Positions 42,837-60,845 of a stretch of 64,000 bases of DNA are shown here, one piece after another; within the stretch, counting starts at the first letter, position 1; each line of letters starts with the position of its first letter. The notes below the pieces were generated by a model that worked only from the letters and a program-made list of their open reading frames with translations, ran no database searches and was not told the DNA's origin. A program made the translations under genes and the position numbers. Origin of the DNA: Macrostomum lignano (taxonomy: Eukaryota); contig NIVC01000839.1 in assembly GCA_002269645.1 (NCBI GenBank), forward strand, positions 186,001 through 250,000, written 5' to 3'.

Positions 42837-43524
42837 ATTGTCGGAAACAGTCACTTTGAAAACTTTTGTACCTGTTAATTTACTTAGGTTAGGAGTATAT
42901 CGTCTAAATAAATTATCTGACAATGTTTGACAATATATTAGCTGACACATTTTGTCTGACAGTGTTTTGATCTGACACATTGTAAGCTAAGAATAGATTA
43001 GCAAACACTAACTTGTCAGATTATCATATTAACTGATATAACTAATTGCAACTATACGTCAGGATAATCTATTGTAGTTGATGTCTTGCAGAGGTGGGCT
43101 GGTAATTAATTCTTTTACTCAGAAACACCGTAAGCCGGCATGTGTGCATATTTATTCAATTTAAAATCCTAGCTACTGACCATTAACTCAATAAGTAACA
43201 AAGTATGCAAATTCTGCTTTGAAAGGATTTGTTTTTGTGTGGACTTAAAAAAAGCATTTTAAAATTATTGTGCACCTAAACCCTACCCGTGTTTTGGAAC
43301 TGAACACAATTCAACATTGTTGCTAATTCAACCGCTTGTTTACTAATAGTAGTTGTAATTCAATAATAAAAGTATATTTCTGCATTCGGTGAACAAAATA
43401 CGCTTTGTTTTCTGGCTGACTTTTCACTTTGATAAAGTACCTGTTGTACTTGTGTTATTCCAGTTTATTTAGGTACTTTATATTTTTATTGTAAGCAAAC
43501 ATTTGTAGTTTAATTGCTCAAGTT

Positions 43525-46125
43525 GTCATTCTCCTAATCAAGATGTCATTCCCCTAATCAAGATGTCATTGTCCTAATCAAGATGTCATTCTCCTAATCA
43601 AGATGTCATTCCCCTAATCAAGATGTCATTCCCCTAATCAAGATGTCATTCCCCTAATCAAGATGTCATTCCCCTAATCAAGATGTCATTGTCCTAATCA
43701 AGATGTCATTCTCCTAATCAAGATGTCATTCTCCTAATCAAGATGTCATTGTCCTAATCAAGATGTCATTCTCCTAATCAAGATGTCATTCTCCTAATCA
43801 AGATGTCATTGTCCTAATCAAGATGTCATTCTCCTAATCAAGATGTCATTGTCCTAATCAAGATGTCATTGTCCTAATCAAGATGTCATTCTCCTAATCA
43901 AGATGTCATTCTCCTAATCAAGATGTCATTCTCCTAATCAAGATGTCATTCCCCTAATCAAGATGTCATTCTCCTAATCAAGATGTCATTGTCCTAATCA
44001 AGATGTCATTCTCCTAATCAAGATGTCATTCCCCTAATCAAGATGTCATTCCCCTAATCAAGATGTCATTGTCCTAATCAAGATGTCATTCTCCTAATCA
44101 AGATGTCATTCTCCTAATCAGGGTGTCATTCTCTTAATCAGGGTGTCATGCACTCTCCTAATCAGGGTGTCATTCACTCTCCTAATCAGGGTGTCATTCA
44201 CTCCTAATCAATATGTCATTCCCCCATCAATATGTTATTCTCCTAATCAAGATTTCATTCTCCTAATCAGGGTGTCATTCTCTTAATCAGGGTGTCATGC
44301 ACTCAGCACTCCTAATCAGGGTGTCATTCACTCCTAATCAATATGTCATTCTCCTAATCAAGATGTCATTCCCCTAATCAAGATGTCATTCTCCTAATCA
44401 AGATGTCATTCCCCTAATCAAGATGTCATTCTCCTAATCAAGATGTCATTCCCCTAATCAAGATGTCATTCTCCTAATTAAGATGTCATTCCCCTAATCA
44501 AGATGTCATTCCCCTAATCAAGATGTCATTCTCCTAATCAAGATGTCATTCCCCTAATCAAGATGTCATTCTCCTAATCAAGATGTCATTCTCCTAATCA
44601 AGATGTCATTCCCCTAATCAAGATGTCATTCCCCTAATCAAGATGTCATTCTCCTAATCAAGATGTCATTCTCCTAATCAAGATGTCATTCTCCTAATCA
44701 AGATGTCATTCTCCTAATCAAGATGTCATTCTCCTAATCAAGATGTCATTCTCCTAATCAAGATGTCATTGTCCTAATCAAGATGTCATTCTCCTAATCA
44801 AGATGTCATTCCCCTAATCAAGATGTCATTCCCCTAATCAAGATGTCATTCTCCTAATCAAGATGTCATTCTCCTAATCAAGATGTCATTCTCCTAATCA
44901 GGGTGTCATTCTCTTAATCAGGGTGTCATGCACTCTCCTAATCAGGGTGTCATTCACTCTCCTAATCAGGGTGTCATTCACTCCTAATCAATATGTCATT
45001 CCCCCATCAATATGTTATTCTCCTAATCAAGATTTCATTCTCCTAATCAGGGTGACATTCTCTTAATCAGGGTGTCATGCACTCAGCACTCTCCTAATCA
45101 GGGTTTCATTCACTCCTAATCAATATGTCATTCTCCTAATCAAGATGTCATTCCCCTAATCAAGATGTCATTCTCCTAATCAAGATGTCATTCTCCTAAT
45201 CAAGATGTCATTCCCCTAATCAAGATGTCATTCTCCTAATCAAGATGTCATTCCCCTAATCAAGATGTCATTCCCCTAATCAAGATGTCATTCTCCTAAT
45301 CAAGATGTCATTCCCCTAATCAAGATGTCATTCTCCTAATCAAGATGTCATTCTCCTAATCAAGATGTCATTCCCCTAATCAAGATGTCATTCCCCTAAT
45401 CAAGATGTCATTCTCCTAATCAAGATGTCATTCCCCTAATCAAGATGTCATTCCCCTAATCAAGATGTCATTCTCCTAATCAAGATGTCATTCTCCTAAT
45501 CAAGATGTCATTGTCCTAATCAAGATGTCATTCCCCTAATCAAGATGTCATTCTCCTAATCAAGATGTCATTCTCCTAATCAAGATGTCATTGTCCTAAT
45601 CAAGATGTCATTCCCCTAATCAAGATGTCATTCCCCTAATCAAGATGTCATTCTCCTAATCAAGATGTCATTCTCCTAATCAAGATGTCATTCCCACTAA
45701 TCAAGATGTCATTCCCCTAATCAAGATGTCATTCTCCTAATCAAGATGTCATTCTCCTAATCAAGATGTCATTGTCCTAATCAAGATGTCATTCCCCTAA
45801 TCAAGATGTCATTCCCCTAATCAAGATGTCATTCTCCTAATCAAGATGTCATTCCCCTAATCAAGATGTCATTCTCCTAATCAAGATGTCATTCCCCTAA
45901 TCAAGATGTCATTCCCCTAATCAAGATGTCATTCTCCTAATCAAGATGTCATTCTCCTAATCAAGATGTCATTCCCCTAATCAAGATGTCATTCTCCTAA
46001 TCAAGATGTCATTCCCCTAATCAAGATGTCATTCTCCTCATCAAGATGTCACTCTCATCAGGATTTCACTCTCATCAGGGTGTCACTCTCCTAATCAGGA
46101 TTTCACTCTCCTAATCAGGGTGTCT
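43525..46125. repeat. 20-bp satellite (aagatgtcattctcctaatc), ~130 copies
   Basis: Direct reading. The degenerate block 44120-44340 is duplicated at 44900-45120. Confidence 0.97.
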
Positions 46126-46258
46126 CTCTCTCCTAATAAAGGTATTAATTTGTCTCAATAGTCATAATGTCAATCTGTAATAGGAAACAAGACTTAAAGA
46201 CAGCAGACAATCAAACTGCAGTACAGACTAATTGCTTTAAAATTGCTAAACTTGCTTC

Positions 46259-47110
46259 ATGCTGACCTGGATCAAATCTAGGCTACCAGTTAAAACTGGA
46301 GCCAACAGCACAGTAAGCAAAACTACTAATAGTAGCAACAGTCATGAAGAAAGCACTGCTGACGCTGCACAGGAAAGTGCATCCGTTGCTGACGCAAATT
46401 CTGAATCTCTAACAGCCATCTCCGTACAGCCATCGATTACGTCATCAGCTTCGTCAATAATCAGTTTTCATAAACAGAAGCCTGCAAAAAATGCTACGGT
46501 TGATACTGAGCAAGGTGTTAACCAACAACAAGACAATGCTTCAGACTCTGATGAAGCAGCAGATGACGGAGACACGGCCGAATCGTCGGCGCTACTGTCC
46601 AATTGGTTTAAAAATTCCAGTGTACTCTCAGGTGCATCCAGCACTAAAGATCCAATTTTACACTGTCTTGGCCTGTCTAGAAAGCAGCGAGTCCTGGTAT
46701 TTGTCTGCCTGTTGTTACTAGGCAGTTTGTTTCTCAGTCTTAGTTTCGTCTTTCTTCTCATGCTGCTATTGAAAGCGAGAAAATTTGCCATCTTGTATTC
46801 AATGGGCTCTTTCTGTTTAATATTGTCCTTCTCTGCGCTGTGGGGTCCGGTGGCGCACTTCAAGCATCTTGTCTCCGGGCCTAGGATTACATTTTCGGCC
46901 GCTTATTTCAGCAGTTTGATTGGCACTTTGTATTGCGCTATTGGGCTGCACTCTGCCCTAGCCGCTCTGGTTTGTTGCGCCTGTCAAATTGGCTGTTTAG
47001 TCTGGTATTTGGTTTCCTACATTCCTGGTGGAGTTAAGGGACTTCAAGTTTTTGCTAAAATGTTCTACTCGGCTTCCGTTCGAACAGTGAAGTCTTGCGC
47101 TCCGGCTTAG
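46259..47110 (+). CDS. SFT2-domain vesicle transport protein (SFT2D3-like, long acidic N-terminus), 283 aa, intronless
   Basis: C-terminal Got1/Sft2 domain: LSRKQRVLVFVCLLLLG, ARKFAILYSMGS, LWGPVAHFKHL, AAYFSSLIGTLY, WYLVSYIPGG. Confidence 0.92.
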   Translation: MLTWIKSRLPVKTGANSTVSKTTNSSNSHEESTADAAQESASVADANSESLTAISVQPSITSSASSIISFHKQKPAKNATVDTEQGVNQQQDNASDSDEAADDGDTAESSALLSNWFKNSSVLSGASSTKDPILHCLGLSRKQRVLVFVCLLLLGSLFLSLSFVFLLMLLLKARKFAILYSMGSFCLILSFSALWGPVAHFKHLVSGPRITFSAAYFSSLIGTLYCAIGLHSALAALVCCACQIGCLVWYLVSYIPGGVKGLQVFAKMFYSASVRTVKSCAPA

Positions 47111-47218
47111 GATTCATCAAAAACTTGGGAGTATTGGTCTTCCGAATTTTTGTTGCCGTGTCAAGATCAACATTCGGATATGCAGTGAAGCTATGATATA
47201 AACCTACCGCTTTTGATG

Positions 47219-47880
47219 ATCTAAATGGGAATTCGGACAATCAAAACGGGACGCCATAGACATTCAAGCCAGGCCACAGATCGCACCCTAGTCATGAACT
47301 TTAGCAGTTTAGCGAAGTCTAACTGAGGCAGGCTTGGCCATAGACTATAACTTTGGACATTCAATATGGGAAAAAGCCATTCAAAACGAGAATCGGACTG
47401 AGATTTTATGGCTCTCTGTCCCTTCCTCCTCCCCGGTTTGCTCGTCTTTGGCCTGAAAGCGACCCCATTCAGTGGCGCCAGCAATTCCTGTAGCAGATCG
47501 CCAGCGGCTGATTGATGCGATTGAACAAGGGCCATCTATCGCTGGCGCTGCAAGAATCTTGCAAATCAAGAAAACAACCGCATTCTGAATCGCTGCCAAC
47601 TTTCGACTCGATGGAATCCCTTCTTCGCGGTGGTCGAAAAGAAGGAAGGTTACACTCTGAGGACACTTTGTTCACTTTTAAAAATTCCAATCGCCTTGAG
47701 ATATAAAAAAATACATTAAATTAGGCGAATTTCCGTTTTGAATGGCTTTTTCCCATTTTAACTGTCCAATGTCCATTTCACATTCTATGATTGTGTATTC
47801 CCAAGCAGCCCGAGTCTGTGGCCTGCATGGCTTGAATGTCTATGGCATCCCGTTTTGATTGTCCAAATTCCCATGTAGAT
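47219..47880 (+). mobile_element. Tc1/mariner-type non-autonomous deletion derivative with long (~170 bp) imperfect TIRs
   Basis: 47219-47282 is the reverse complement of 47814-47880, and 47345-47395 of 47720-47775. The core encodes the decayed HTH AIPVADRQRLIDAIEQGPSIAGAARILQIKKTTAF*IAANFRLDG (~47481-47615). TA follows the right end. Confidence 0.8.
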
Positions 47881-48554
47881 TAAGGTATATTAATATCAAT
47901 ATCATTGTTACCATATCCATGCTTCAGTAATGCCTTGTCTGGCTTGTTTTATGCTGGTATTTTAAGAATTAAAACCCACTGGGTTCTTACTTAACATGTA
48001 TACATACTTTTTTCAAGCTAATTAATTGATACTATGAGCAAGAGTCCTTAGGCGGTATCGAGCTATCGAAGACTGACTTTTCATTGTCTATAGCCCAAAT
48101 TTGGGACCATTTTGTAGAATATTTTTTGCTCTAGTAGGTGGGCTTGGTCCGTGTTTTACTTTGTTTTACTTAATTGCATTTTTCAAAGTTTGGTATCCTA
48201 TAGTTATAGTTCGATATGTTACTGTTGCAATATGCAGATGGATTAGTATATAAACTACTGATTTCTGACGATAGATACTATTGATTAATTGATTGATTTC
48301 AAATTTGCTTACCATACTAAATTATGCATGAATTTTTGTTTTTGGTTTAATTAATAGATACCAGAAATAGCTAGATAATTTACTCGCAATTTAAGTTGCA
48401 AAAAAGCAGAGCGTCTACTACTTTTTAGTAGTTTGTGTCTGTGCTGCGTCGCTTAAATTTAATGTGAAAAAAATATTTTGGGGGGAGGGTTGCGGCTTCA
48501 ATTGACAAACGAACACTAGATGTGCTCATATAAATTTGAACACAAGTTAACGCA

Positions 48555-48795
48555 AGACAGATGAAACTCAGCCTAGTGGGCAGGCCCAATCTGACTCAGC
48601 CAATGAGAGAGCAGTTAGGAAAGAGGGTCAAAGTCAGACGGACGAAACTGAGCCTAGGGGGGGCAGGCCCAATCTAGCTCAGCCAATGAGAGAGCAGTTA
48701 GGAAAGAGCGTCAAAGTCAGACGGACGAAACTGAGCCTAGGGGGGGCAGGCCCAATCTAGCTCAGCCAATGAGAGAGCAGCAAAGAAGAGAGGTC
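48555..48795. repeat. Three ~83-bp tandem units, each with two CCAAT motifs and a hairpin
   Basis: gtcaaagtcagacggacgaaactgagcctagggggggcaggcccaatctagctcagccaatgagagagcagttaggaaagagc. Confidence 0.85.
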
Positions 48796-49974
48796 AGTCA
48801 AGCGGGCAAAAGAAAAGCCAAACTTTTTATCGGTCTGGTAGTGGCTGGGGCGCCACTTTTTGTTTGCCTACCTTTAGTCCGTCATCAATAAATTTATTTC
48901 AAATGCGACTAATTTTAAGTGGAGTTGGTAAAACAGGGCAAGGATGCCAACTTAACGGGGCTGCTTGTAAGAAGCTAGAGGTTATTTTTGCGGCTTCAAA
49001 CACTTTCAATATCTTGTAAAATTTATTACATTTTTATTAGATTAATATCAAAAAGGAAAATATGTCATTTTTGCTACTGAAAATAGTAGATGTGCGCATT
49101 TTTGCATGACATGTCTAGCTATTCTATTAATTAACTGTGGTTCAAACAATAAATACCTTCTAAAAACAATAAGAATTCTTGTGATTGTATTAAAGTTTAA
49201 AAATCCAATAATTTTTTACATTTTTATGATTTCGTTCAATTTCACTTTTAAACAGAAAAAGATATTGGTAACTGGTCAGTCTGTTACAATCTGACTAACA
49301 AGATCCTAAATTTGCATGTATTTTTGACACTATATTCTCGTTTAATTTAGCCTGATAACGTGTGAAGAGTTCATATTGTACGAGTATCTGCATGCAGAAG
49401 AGTGTTCAATATGTACATATGAGCTATAACTGTACAGTTAATCTGGTGGCCGCATACAGTATTCTAAAAGCATTTTGCATGGAGCTAAGATATCAAACGA
49501 CAATAAATATCGAACGTACACATTAAAATTGAAATTTATAGTACATTTACTTCTACATGTAAATGATTTTACTGTGTACATGTCTATCAATAGTGGCCTT
49601 GGTTCAAGTACAAGTCACAAATTATGTACAGTTACATGCAAATCATTTTTCTCCAATGCATTATGGGGATTAGTGCAGCCTTTTACAGCTCGTTACAATC
49701 CCTCAAAAAGCTCGCTTACATGTACAAGGTACAGCATAGTAGCTCTCCTACAATTAATATCTCTATTCAGCACCCTGTTTTATTATTTAAAGGTGCCTGT
49801 AAATTAGTCTTGTCCCACGACCCACAGTTACGAGCTATTCCAACGACGTAATCCTTTCCCTTGCGTACCGCTGACTAATTCTTAGGTCAAGCTTGCCTAT
49901 AAGTAGTTTGAGAAAGTTTCTCCTATATAGCTCTCTTATTGATATAGCTCGTAGGTCTCAACTCCCTTACAAGT

Positions 49975-52575
49975 TTAAGCTATCTCCCTCACAGCTCACT
50001 CCCTTGCAGCTCTCCCCTACAGCTGTCTCCCTCACAGCTCACTCCCTTGCAGCTCTCCCCTACAGCTGTCTCCCTCACAGCTCACTCCCTTGCAGCTCTC
50101 CCCTACAGCTGTCTCCCTCACAGCTCACTCCCTTGCAGCTCTCCCCTACAGCTGTCTCCCTCACAGCTCACTCCCTTGCAGCTCTCCCCTACAGCTGTCT
50201 CCCTCACAGCTCTCCCCTACAGCTGTCTCCCTTACAGCTCACTCCCTTGCAGCTCTCCCCTACAGCTGTCTCCCTCACAGCTCTCCCCAACAGCTGTCTC
50301 CTTCACAGCTGTCTCCCTCACAGCTCTCCCCTACAGCTGTCTCCCTCACAGCTCACTCCCTTGCAGCTCTCCCCTACAGCTGTCTCCCTCACAGCTCACT
50401 CCCTTGCAGCTCTCCCCTACAGCTGTCTCCCTCACAGCTCTCTCCCTCACAGCTCTCTCCCTTACAGCTCTCTCCTACAGCTGTCTCCCTTACAGCTCTC
50501 TCCCTTACAGCTGTCTCCCTTACAGCTGTCTCCCTTACAGCTCACTCCCTTGCAGCTCTCCCCTACAGCTGTCTCCCTCACAGCTCACTCCCTTGCAGCT
50601 CTCCCCTACAGCTGTCTCCCTCACAGCTCTCCCTACAGCTGTCTCCCTTACAGCTCACTCCCTTGCAGCTCTCCCCTACAGCTGTCTCCCTCACAGCTCT
50701 CCCCAACAGCTGTCTCCTTCACAGCTCTCTTCCTTGCAGCTCTCCCCTACAGCTGTCTCCCTCACAGCTCACTCCCTTGCAGCTCTCCCCTACAGCTGTC
50801 TCCCTCACAGCTCACTCCCTTGCAGCTCTCCCCTACAGCTGTCTCCCTCACAGCTCTCTCCCTCACAGCTCTCTCCCTTACAGCTCTCTCCTACAGCTGT
50901 CTCCCTTACAGCTCTCTCCCTTACAGCTGTCTCCCTTACAGCTGTCTCCCTTACAGCTCACTCCCTTGCAGCTCTCCCCTACAGCTGTCTCCCTCACAGC
51001 TCACTCCCTTGCAGCTCTCCCCTACAGCTGTCTCCCTCATAGCTCTCCCCTACAGCTGTCTCCCTCACAGCTCTCTCCCTCACAGCTCTCTCCCTTACAG
51101 CTCTCTCCTACAGCTGTCTCCCTTACAGCTCTCTCCCTTACAGCTGTCTCCCTTACAGCTGTCTCCCTTACAGCTCACTCCCTTGCAGCTCTCCCCTACA
51201 GCTGTCTCCCTCACAGCTCACTCCCTTGCAGCTCTCCCCTACAGCTGTCTCCCTCACAGCTCTCTCCCTCACAGCTCTCTCCCTTACAGCTCTCTCCTAC
51301 AGCTGTCTCCCTCACAGCTCACTCCCTTGCAGCTCTCCCCTACAGCTGTCTCCCTCACAGCTCACTCCCTTGCAGCTCTCCCCTACAGCTGTCTCCCTCA
51401 CAGCTCTCCCCTACAGCTGTCTCCCTTACAGCTCACTCCCTTGCAGCTCTCCCCTACAGCTGTCTCCCTCACAGCTCTCCCCAACAGCTGTCTCCTTCAC
51501 AGCTCTCTCCCTTGCAGCTCTCCCCTACAGCTGTCTCCCTCACAGCTCACTCCCTTGCAGCTCTCCCCTACAGCTGTCTCCCTCACAGCTCTCCCCTACA
51601 GCTGTCTCCCTTACAGCTCACTCCCTTGCAGCTCTCCCCTACAGCTGTCTCCCTCACAGCTCTCCCCAACAGCTGTCTCCTTCACAGCTCTCTCCCTTGC
51701 AGCTCTCCCCTACAGCTGTCTCCCTCACAGCTCACTCCCTTGCAGCTCTCCCCTACAGCTGTCTCCCTCACAGCTCTCTCCCTCACAGCTCTCTCCCTTA
51801 CAGCTCTCTCCCTTACAGCTCTCTCCTACAGCTGTCTCCCTTACAGCTCTCTCCCTTACAGCTGTCTCCCTTACAGCTCACTCCCTTGCAGCTCTCCCCT
51901 ACAGCTGTCTCCCTCACAGCTCACTCCCTTGCAGCTCTCCCCTACAGCTGTCTCCCTCACAGCTCTCCCCTACAGCTGTCTCCCTTACAGCTCACTCCCT
52001 TGCAGCTCTCCCCTACAGCTGTCTCCCTCACAGCTCTCCCCAACAGATGTCTCCTTCACAGCTCTCTCCCTTGCAGCTCTCCCCTACAGCTGTATCCCTC
52101 ACAGCTCACTCCCTTGCAGCTCTCCCCTACAGCTGTCTCCCTCACAGCTCACTCCCTTGCAGCTCTCCCCTACAGCTGTCTCCCTCACAGCTCACTCCCT
52201 TGCAGCTCTCCCCTACAGCTGTCTCCCTCACAGCTCTCTCCCTCACAGCTCTCTCCCTTACAGCTCTCTCCTACAGCTGTCTCCCTTACAGCTCTCTCCC
52301 TTACAGCTGTCTCCCTTACAGCTGTCTCCCTTACAGCTCACTCCCTTGCAGCTCTCCCCTACAGCTGTCTCCCTCACAGCTCACTCCCTTGCAGCTCTCC
52401 CCTACAGCTGTCTCCCTCACAGCTCTCCCCTACAGCTGTCTCCCTTACAGCTCACTCCCTTGCAGCTCTCCCCTACAGCTCTCTCCCTTACAGTTCTCTC
52501 CCTCACAGCTCTCTCCCATACAGCTCTCTCCTACGGACCTCTCCTACAGCTGCCTCTCCTTTACAGCTCTCCGGG
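49975..52575. repeat. CAGCT-core minisatellite (13-16 bp monomers, 43-bp higher-order unit)
   Basis: cagctcactcccttgcagctctcccctacagctgtctccctca repeated; source of the 900-aa LQLSP ORFs. Confidence 0.97.
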
Positions 52576-52831
52576 CTACAGGTACCAGTACTTTCGCACT
52601 ACAGTCGTACAGTTACAGTTGACTCTCACACCACCAATTATACGCTTCGTATACAAACGAGCGAACAAAATCACAACAAAACAACAAAATCACAAGTATA
52701 ATACATTATGCTTTAATATCGTTCGATCTGTCAACCTTAAAATTTCAGCTCAAATCGTATTCATTTTTCCTCGAAAATAATCTACATTACTTATCTAAAC
52801 CTATACTAATTCTAAAGTAAAAACACAAATA

Positions 52832-58093
<5,262 letters not shown>

Positions 58094-58934
58094 GAAGGTA
58101 TACTAGGATCGGCAAGGGGGGGGTTCATTTCATAGGGGGTTTCTTCGAAGTCTATTTTTAGAAAAGTATCGATTGCCTACAAAGAAGCCGATCAAAGTGG
58201 AGAATGTTCTGTGGCTGTCACAGAACAGCACTCGGCCATAGACTATAAAATCAAATAGGCAACTATATGTAGGTGCTCTGCAGAAAGAAAAGTCCCAAAA
58301 AACAACTGCTTTACCTTAATGTACGTTTGCACTACTCACCGTAAGTAGCTACTAGTAGGTCAAAAATTTGAATGGGAACTGAATCAAAAAGAAATAAACT
58401 GGACATATTTCATTGATTTTTTTTCACTAAATACGTTATTTGATGAGCTACTCAAGTTTCTTATGTAGTTTTTGTTTTAATTAGAAGCACTCCACGCTTG
58501 CAATACCGTTTGGTGCAATAATTACATATCCTTGGAAATCGCAGCCAAATTTTTATTCAATTGACTTTTTTGAATCTTCCATACTTTTTATGACGATTTT
58601 TTTTCAAGTTTTTGACACTGTTTGCTATTTTCATAACGCATTAAAAATTCAAGATTTTTATACGATTTTTGAGAAGCTCAATCGCTCAATACTGTTTTTA
58701 TGCTCGTAGAAATTTTCTGCAATAATTTTTTTCTATATTACAAAATGCAGCCCGCATTAGTTATAATCATTTATATTCCAGATTTTTCATGAAGTTTTAA
58801 TGATGCAATATATTTTAAGCTTTTAACTAGCAGCTCTAGATAACTTATGCGATATTAACTATTTTAAACAGCATGATTTAGAAAGATTTATCTGGATATC
58901 GGAGTTACATAATTCATTTTACTCTCAAATATAT

Positions 58935-59525
58935 TCGGACCCAAACTTATTCCGGACACAAACTTATTCCGGACACAAACTTATTCCGGACACAAACTTT
59001 TTTCCGGACATAAACTTATTTCGGACACAAACCCATTCCGGACACAAACTTATTCTGGACACAAACTTATTCCGGACACAAACTTTTTCCGGACATAAAC
59101 TTATTCCGGACACAAAATTTTTCCGGACACAAACTTATTCTGGACACAAACTTATTCCGGACACAAACCTACTACGGACAAAAACCTATTCCGGACACAA
59201 CCATATTCAGAATCAGACACAAATCTATTCGGACACAAATCTATTCGGACACAAATCTATTCGGACACAAAACTATTTCGGACACAATTCTGTTCAGATA
59301 CAAAGCTTTTTGGACGCAAAGCTTGTCGGACACGAACCTATTCTGGACACAAACCTTTTCGGACACAAACCTATTCGGACACAGTTTTTTCGGACACAAA
59401 GATATTCGAATAGAAACCTATTTAAACAGAAGGCCAGTAGGGCACAAAGCTATTCGGACACAAAGCTATTCGGACACAAAACTCGGACACAAAAATCTTG
59501 GAACTGAAACCTATTCGGATACAAA
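58935..59525. repeat. ~17-bp degenerate minisatellite (ttattccggacacaaac)
   Basis: ~30 copies, degenerating rightwards; between the convergent ILK and RASL10 3' ends. Confidence 0.92.
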
Positions 59526-59608
59526 ATAATCAATCAAAGAGCCGTTCGGAAAAATCAACCAATGCGGACAGTTGAACGCATTCGGCCAAAAAAGGACTTG
59601 TGTTAACC

Positions 59609-60454
59609 TCAACAGCGTTGGTATATCTTGCACTGCAGAACGCTGCACACAGTCTCTCGCAGGGCCGCTTGCATTCTGGCCGCCGTGCCCAAGTGCACAG
59701 CCTCTCTCAGCTCCATCGCTCGAAACAATTCTCTAAAAGCGTTCCAGACTCGCCAATTAAACTTGGCCGAACAATCGGCGTAGTGACATTTCCAGCGCTT
59801 GCGGACGGCGTAGCCGGGCGATCCGTTGCGACCCTGCAGTTCGCCTCCGTCAGCAAGGATCAAGTCGACCTTGTTGCCAAGCACCAATACTGGAGCCGAT
59901 ATGCCGCGTTCCAGCATTTGAAAACGAATTCGCCGGGCCTTGTGGAAGCTCGACTCGTCGTTGAGGTCGAACACCAGCAGGTATGCGTTGGCTGAGCACA
60001 AGCCGAAGCCGCTCAGTTGGCTTGAGAATTCGTTGGACCTATCGACTGGAAAGTCGTCAATGGGCGGACAATCAACCAAGCAGGTGTCGAATGCTCTCTC
60101 ATTCACTACAATCGTTGGATAATGAACATTTGGACGAACTGTTGAAGTGTACACCTCGGGTGATGCGTAGTTGACGAATTGTTCAACTAGAGTTGTCTTG
60201 CCAACTCCGCGAGGTCCCAGCACAACCAGAAGAATGCGTTGCACCACCCTAGCTCGAAGTCTGGCCCGATTGTCGATTACCGAATACGCGGTGTTTGCGA
60301 CTGATGATGCAACTCCCGACACGGTGACAGGGGCGTGTTGCTGGGGCTGCCCAGCACCCCACAGTCGGTAATTGCCAAATGGTAGCGTTCTTTGCATTGT
60401 GTTGCATGAAGTTTTATGCGTATGAGATGCAAAATAGAGACAGCAATTGAGCAT
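59609..60454 (-). CDS. RASL10: Ras-like small GTPase, RASL10-like, intronless (start at 60454 or more likely 60397)
   Basis: GPRGVGKTT (G1), LVDCPPIDDFPV (RASL10-type degenerate G3), AYLLVFD, GNKVD (G4), VRKRWKCHYADCSAKFNW (G5), ARMQAALR..C tail, all resembling RASL10A/B. Confidence 0.85.
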   Translation of the reverse strand: MLNCCLYFASHTHKTSCNTMQRTLPFGNYRLWGAGQPQQHAPVTVSGVASSVANTAYSVIDNRARLRARVVQRILLVVLGPRGVGKTTLVEQFVNYASPEVYTSTVRPNVHYPTIVVNERAFDTCLVDCPPIDDFPVDRSNEFSSQLSGFGLCSANAYLLVFDLNDESSFHKARRIRFQMLERGISAPVLVLGNKVDLILADGGELQGRNGSPGYAVRKRWKCHYADCSAKFNWRVWNAFRELFRAMELREAVHLGTAARMQAALRETVCSVLQCKIYQRC

Positions 60455-60584
60455 GGCGCTACTATATAATACTTTTGCAGAGTCAATAAAAATTTATGAG
60501 ACCTTATTTCCAGCCAATAATTTTGAAGGCAACAAAACTCCAATTTTTGAGGTCTTCAAATTTCTCTAGCTCGCAGGATACTCT

Positions 60585-60845
60585 AGCTTTCCAGCCAGAC
60601 ATTTACCAGCCTTTTTCTAGCCAGACATTTAACAGCTTTATCCAGCCAGACATTTACCAGCCTTTTTCTAGCCAGACATTTACCAGCCTTTTTCTAGCCA
60701 GACATTTACCAGCCTTTTTCCAGCCAGACATTTACCAGCCTTTTTCCAGCCAGACATTTACCAGCCATTTTCCAGCCAGACATTTACCAGCCTTTTTCCA
60801 GCCAGACATTTACCAGCCTTTATCCAGCCAGACATTTACCAGCCA
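60585..60845. repeat. ~26-bp minisatellite (ccagccagacatttaccagccttttt)
   Basis: ~10 copies. Confidence 0.93.

Noticed and set aside
48610-48790. Hammerhead ribozyme suggested by GGACGAAAC
   Set aside because: No CUGANGA core on either strand. The ctgacga-tta-gaaa at ~33371 also lacks a valid stem III/cleavage triplet.
49893-52780. ~900-aa LQLSP ORFs
   Set aside because: Satellite-derived; three frames are open because the unit lacks stop codons.
59600-60371. Plus-strand ORFs overlapping RASL10, and similar antisense ORFs over the GPCR, SEM1, SFT2, ILK and the LINE
   Set aside because: Antisense shadows of GC-rich coding sequence with no independent homology.
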